Assembly: GCA_963700285.1 (NCBI GenBank)
Contig: CAVOXA010000001.1
Coordinates: 1,536,001-1,600,000 of the forward strand
From: an uncultured Chloroflexia bacterium
GTDB taxonomy: Bacteria > Chloroflexota > Anaerolineae > JAAYZQ01
Direction: 5' to 3'
Length of the DNA stretch: 64,000 nt
Positions 59,892-64,000 of the stretch are shown here, in pieces. Position 1 is the stretch's first letter, and each line of letters begins with the position of its first letter. The notes under the pieces were generated by a model that made no database searches, was not told where the DNA came from, and was given only the letters and a program-made list of their open reading frames with translations. A program made the translations under genes and the position numbers.

Positions 59892-60338
59892 ATGAAACGC
59901 GAATATCCAAAGGCCCCCATCTTGGCCGTGGGCGTGATCATCCACAGGGACACAACGGACGGGTGTAAGCAGATCGCCCTGATCCGACGGGACAAGGCGC
60001 CGGCCAAGGGATTGTGGACCTTCCCCGGAGGCGCTGTCGAGCTGGGCGAGACGGTCCAGGATGCGGCGCGGCGCGAGGCGTGGGAGGAGACGGGGTTGGA
60101 GGTCCAACTGGGCGAGGTGGCGGTTGTCCTCGATCACATAGCCCGTGACGCCGCGGGCCGCGTGCAGTACCACTATGTCATCATTGATTTCTACGCTGAG
60201 CCCATGGGCGGTGATCTTCAGCCTGGCACAGACGTCAGCGATGTCCGCTGGGCCAGCCTGGAAGACCTGGATGATCTGGGGATGACTGAAAAAGCGGAGG
60301 AGATTGCCCGCCAGCTTCTGGGGGAGGCTGGCCCCTGA
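59892..60338 (+). CDS. NUDIX hydrolase
   Basis: PGGAVELGETVQDAARREAWEETGL Nudix box. Confidence 0.92.
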   Translation: MKREYPKAPILAVGVIIHRDTTDGCKQIALIRRDKAPAKGLWTFPGGAVELGETVQDAARREAWEETGLEVQLGEVAVVLDHIARDAAGRVQYHYVIIDFYAEPMGGDLQPGTDVSDVRWASLEDLDDLGMTEKAEEIARQLLGEAGP

Positions 60339-60404
60339 CGGCAGGACTGGCAGTCCTCTTCCGCTGCAACTACCAATGTCAGCGTATGCCCATGTCCCGC
60401 TATT

Positions 60405-61346
60405 CTATGGTGTGCCAAGATGACTGCCAGTCCCTGCCACCCAGAGCGTCACCTCTTCCAGGCTAGGCAATCCCCGTCTCCCCCCCAGCGTCCGGCAGTT
60501 GATCGCCGCCACCGCGTTGGCAAAACGTGCAACCCGCTTCAAATCCCAGCCCTGGAGCATGGCATAAATGAAAGCTCCGTGGAAAGCATCGCCCGCACCG
60601 GTTGTGTCCACCGCCTGCACTGGAAAACCTGGCGCCTGCAAATGCTCCGTGCCCGTCCATACCTGGCAGCCTCGCTCACCCTGGGTCACGACCAGGACCT
60701 CGGCGCCCAACTTGAGCAGTTCACTGGCTGCTTCATGCAGGTCCGCGATGCCTGTGATGGCGGCTGGGAACGGTTTGGCCACCACCAGCCAGTTGACCAG
60801 AGGCAGCAGGTCCTCCAGCCCGTCCCGAGGGTGGTTGCCGTCGTAGCAAACCTTGACGCCAGCTTCTTTTGCCCACCGGGCAGCCTGGATCGCGGCCGGC
60901 ATGAACTGGCCGTCCAGATGCAGCACCTTCGCCGCCTGGATGTAGGCCCGGTCGGCCTCATCCAGCTTCAGATCGTCAGGGGAAACGCGCCGGTGGCAGA
61001 GGATAGCCCGCCGTCCCGTGGCCTCCTCAACCAGGATCAGGCAGATGTTGGTGCCCACGCCGGGGTCGTGACGGAGCCGGGTGACGTCGATCTCATGCTG
61101 GGCAAAGCAATCCCGCAGCCAGTGACCCTCCCGGTCGTCGCCCAAGGTCCCGACGTACCCGGTGCGCAACCCCAGCCGGGCCATGGCCGTCAGGGCCGTT
61201 CCTACCTGACCCCCGCCGTCGTGTACCAGGTCGGGCAGGGAAACCATGGCCACGTTGTCAAAATCGGGCGGACCGGAGGCAATGGCCACGATATCGTACA
61301 CGCAATAGCCCAAGCCGGCGACGTCCAGGGTCATGGCGATGTTCAT
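60405..61346 (-). CDS. PfkB-family sugar kinase
   Basis: GGQVGT, VTQGERG, DTTGAGDAF. Confidence 0.92.
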   Translation of the reverse strand: MNIAMTLDVAGLGYCVYDIVAIASGPPDFDNVAMVSLPDLVHDGGGQVGTALTAMARLGLRTGYVGTLGDDREGHWLRDCFAQHEIDVTRLRHDPGVGTNICLILVEEATGRRAILCHRRVSPDDLKLDEADRAYIQAAKVLHLDGQFMPAAIQAARWAKEAGVKVCYDGNHPRDGLEDLLPLVNWLVVAKPFPAAITGIADLHEAASELLKLGAEVLVVTQGERGCQVWTGTEHLQAPGFPVQAVDTTGAGDAFHGAFIYAMLQGWDLKRVARFANAVAAINCRTLGGRRGLPSLEEVTLWVAGTGSHLGTP

Positions 61347-61817
61347 ATTAGATCCTGCGGGTTTTCCGAAACCCGTAGGGTCTCGAGTCTAGCTCGGCGA
61401 AGCCACTCCCTCTCCGCCTCGAATGTCACCCGGGCCAGGGCCTCGCCCCAGGCCAACCACAGCCTCTCGAACTGCTTCTCGGGGCGCACGGGGACAGTTT
61501 CGAGTCCTTGGCCCATGAGGTAGTAGGACTCGTCGCGGATGTAATGATGGCCCTTCCAATCGAACTCGACGGTCTGGTGGCCCAAGTCAGCCAGGATCTC
61601 CATGCCGGACAACCCAGCCTCTTCCTCAACCTCGCGGATGGCTGCTCGACTTCTGCTCTCACCAGGTTCGATGTGTCCCTTGGGCAGGCGTATCTCAGGC
61701 CGGCCGTCCGGACCTGGCCGGTTGCGTCGCAGGAGGACCATTACCCGCTCGCCCGAAGCGTCAACCACGACGCCGCCCGCAGAGGCGTACTCAAGGATAG
61801 GAAGGCTCGTTGCTCAA
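61343..61817 (-). CDS. NUDIX hydrolase (Ap4A-hydrolase-like); start uncertain
   Basis: SAGGVV, LPKGHIEPGE...AIREVEEEAG. Confidence 0.85.
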
Positions 61818-62001
61818 GACAAGTTCTCCAAGTATGTAGATGAGGCCATGATACTTGATTTGTCGTACTCTGTCAAAGGTCTTGCGTTCTCCCATCTGCG
61901 GAAACTGACTGCGTCTGGCAGGCGAAATTAGACATAATGCGACGGCCCCCTAAACCATTCATATCCGGCTGGACCAGCGTATCTGGCCCTGTAGCTATCA
62001 G

Positions 62002-64000
62002 TTATCCTCCCAATTTGACTCGGCGCAGCAGCTGGGCGTTGATGGCCACGATGACCGTGCTCAGCGACATGAGCAGGGCGCCCACCGCCGGCGAGAGCAG
62101 GATGCCCAGGGGCGCCAGCACACCGGCCGCCAGCGGCAGGGCCACGATGTTGTAGCCCGCCGCCCACCACAGGTTCTGGATCATCTTGCGATAGCTGGCC
62201 CGGCTCAGCTCGACGATCTTGACCACGTCCAGCGGATTGCTCCTGACCAGGATGATGCCCGCCGACTCGATGGCCACATCGGTGCCGCTGCCGATGGCGA
62301 TGCCCACGTCGGCCCGGGTCAGGGCCGGCGCATCGTTGACGCCGTCGCCGACCATGGCCACCCGCTTGCCCTGGTCCTGCAGCTGCTGCACCTTCTGGTC
62401 CTTGTGCTCGGGCAGCACCTCGGCAAAGTACTGGTCGATGCCCAGCTCCTCGGCCACGGCCCTGGCCACCGCCTCGCTGTCGCCGGTCAGCATGGCCACC
62501 TCGACGCCCATCTCGTGCAGGCGGTCGACGGCCTGCCGGCTCTCCGGCCGGATGACGTCGGCCAGGGCAAAGGCCGCCGCCACCTGCTTCGTCTTGCACC
62601 AGGTAGACGACGCTCTGGCCCTTGGCCTGGGCCTCCTCGCGGAAGCGCGGCCAGCGGCTCCGGCACGTCGAGCTCCAGCATCTCCAGCAGGCGCGGGCCG
62701 CCGACGTGCACCGTGTGGCCGTCGCGGCTGGCCCGCACGCCCCGGCCCTTGATCGCCTCAAAGTCGGAGACCTCGGGCAGCGACAGCCCGCGCTCCTCCG
62801 CCGCGCGGCGGATGCCCCGGGCGATGGTGTGCTCCGAGTCACCCTCGACGGCCGCGGTCAGGGCCAGGGCTTCTTCCTCGCTCCAGCCATCGGCGGTGGC
62901 GATGCCCACCACGCCGAACCGCCCTTCGGTCAGGGTGCCGGTCTTGTCGAAGATGACGATGTCGATCTCGCGCGCCTCCTCCAGCGCCAGCCGGTCGCGG
63001 ACCAGGATGCCGTTGCTGGCCGCCATCGAGGTGGTGATGGCCACCACCAGCGGCACGGCCAGCCCCAGGGCATGGGGACAGGCGATGACCAGCACCGTGG
63101 CCACCCGGGCGATGACCTCCACGTCGAACCCCACGGCCACGATCCAGGCGACGGCGGTCAGGACCGCCACCCCCAGGGCGACGTAGAAGAGCCAGCCGGC
63201 GGCCTTGTCGGCCAGGATCTGGGTGTCGCGATTTGCTCTGCTGGGCCTCTTCCACCAGGCGCATGATGCCGGCCAGCGCCGTCTCGTCGCCGGTGGCCGT
63301 CACCCGCACCCGCAGGCTGCCGTCGCCGTTGATGGTCCCGGCGATGACCTTGTCGCCCGGCTCTTTGAGCACCGGCTTGGACTCGCCGGTGATCATGGCC
63401 TCGTTGACCTCCGACTCGCCCTCCTCCACCTCGCCGTCGGCCGGGACGCTGGCGCCGGGCCGCACCAGCACCAGGTCACCCTCGCTGCAGTTCGGTGACC
63501 GGCACCTCCTCGGTGCCGCCGTCGGGCAGCAGCCGCTCGGCGGTGTCGGGCATCAGCTTGGCCAGCTCGTTCAGCGCCCCCGACGCCTGGCGCACGCTGC
63601 GCATCTCGATCCAGTGGCCCAGCAGCATGATGTCGATCAGGGTCACCAGCTCCCAGAAAAAGCTGGTCTGGCCCGGCAGGAACAGCGACGCCAGGCTGTA
63701 GACAAAGGCCACCGTGATCGCCAGCGAGATGAGGGTCATCATCCCCGGCTTGCGGTTGCGCAGCTCGGGCACGGCCATCTGCAGGAAGGGCACCCCACCG
63801 TAGAGAAAGACGATCACGGCAAAGACGGGCGTGATCCAGTCGCTGCCCGGGAAGGCGGGGGCGGTGAAGCCCAGCCAGTCCTGCAGCGCCGGGCTGAAGA
63901 CCAGCACCGGGATCGACAGCAGCAGCGAGACCCAGAAGCGCCGGCGGAACATCTGCTCGTGACCGGTATGGTCCACATGCGCTTCGTGACCTCTCTCGTG
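62002..64000 (-). CDS. Copper P1B-type ATPase (CopB/P1B-3-like); frameshifted, 5' end probably outside the window
   Basis: [40 protein letters not shown] across four ORF fragments. Confidence 0.9.

Noticed and set aside
60420-61523. Long antisense ORFs (also 10387-11307, 29446-30414, 41761-42777 and others)
   Set aside because: Shadow or alternate-frame ORFs of GC-rich genes with no recognisable motifs
61813-61849. ATG...TGA read-through upstream of the NUDIX gene
   Set aside because: Better explained by a GGAG SD and TTG start with a one-base insertion (MSNELPILEY); no redox motif

Overview
GC-rich bacterial chromosomal window with about 50 protein genes and a tmRNA. Gene content (lipoproteins, GT39-type glycosyltransferase, GAF kinases, MttB-family protein) suggests Chloroflexota/Anaerolineae, which is an inference. 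Many genes are split by single-base indels (13.1-13.3 kb, 17.9-19.9 kb, 33.5-38.4 kb, 47.8 kb, 62-64 kb), most likely long-read consensus errors. Main content: an Rsb-type partner-switching module, an IscR-like Rrf2-nadA-rhodanese-HtrA cluster, three sensor kinases, glutamate dehydrogenase, isoprenoid genes (polyprenyl synthase, fni), acpP, mobA, ssrA, a Zur-type Zn/Mn ABC operon, iorA, thiI and a Cu P1B ATPase. The best hidden feature is a rhodanese-fold lipoprotein (5345-5788, minus). The ORF track truncates it, but it reads through two in-frame UGA codons (Y-U-T-U-P, a UxU motif) followed by a SECIS-like hairpin, so it is probably a double-selenocysteine protein in an IscR-box-controlled operon. 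Other candidates: a stand-alone degenerate nucleotidyltransferase-like gene linked to gdh under a two-component system, a nuclease-HIT fusion, and heptamer repeats inserted in-frame in the tRNA nucleotidyltransferase. No CRISPR array, rRNA, tRNA, integrase or transposase was recognised.
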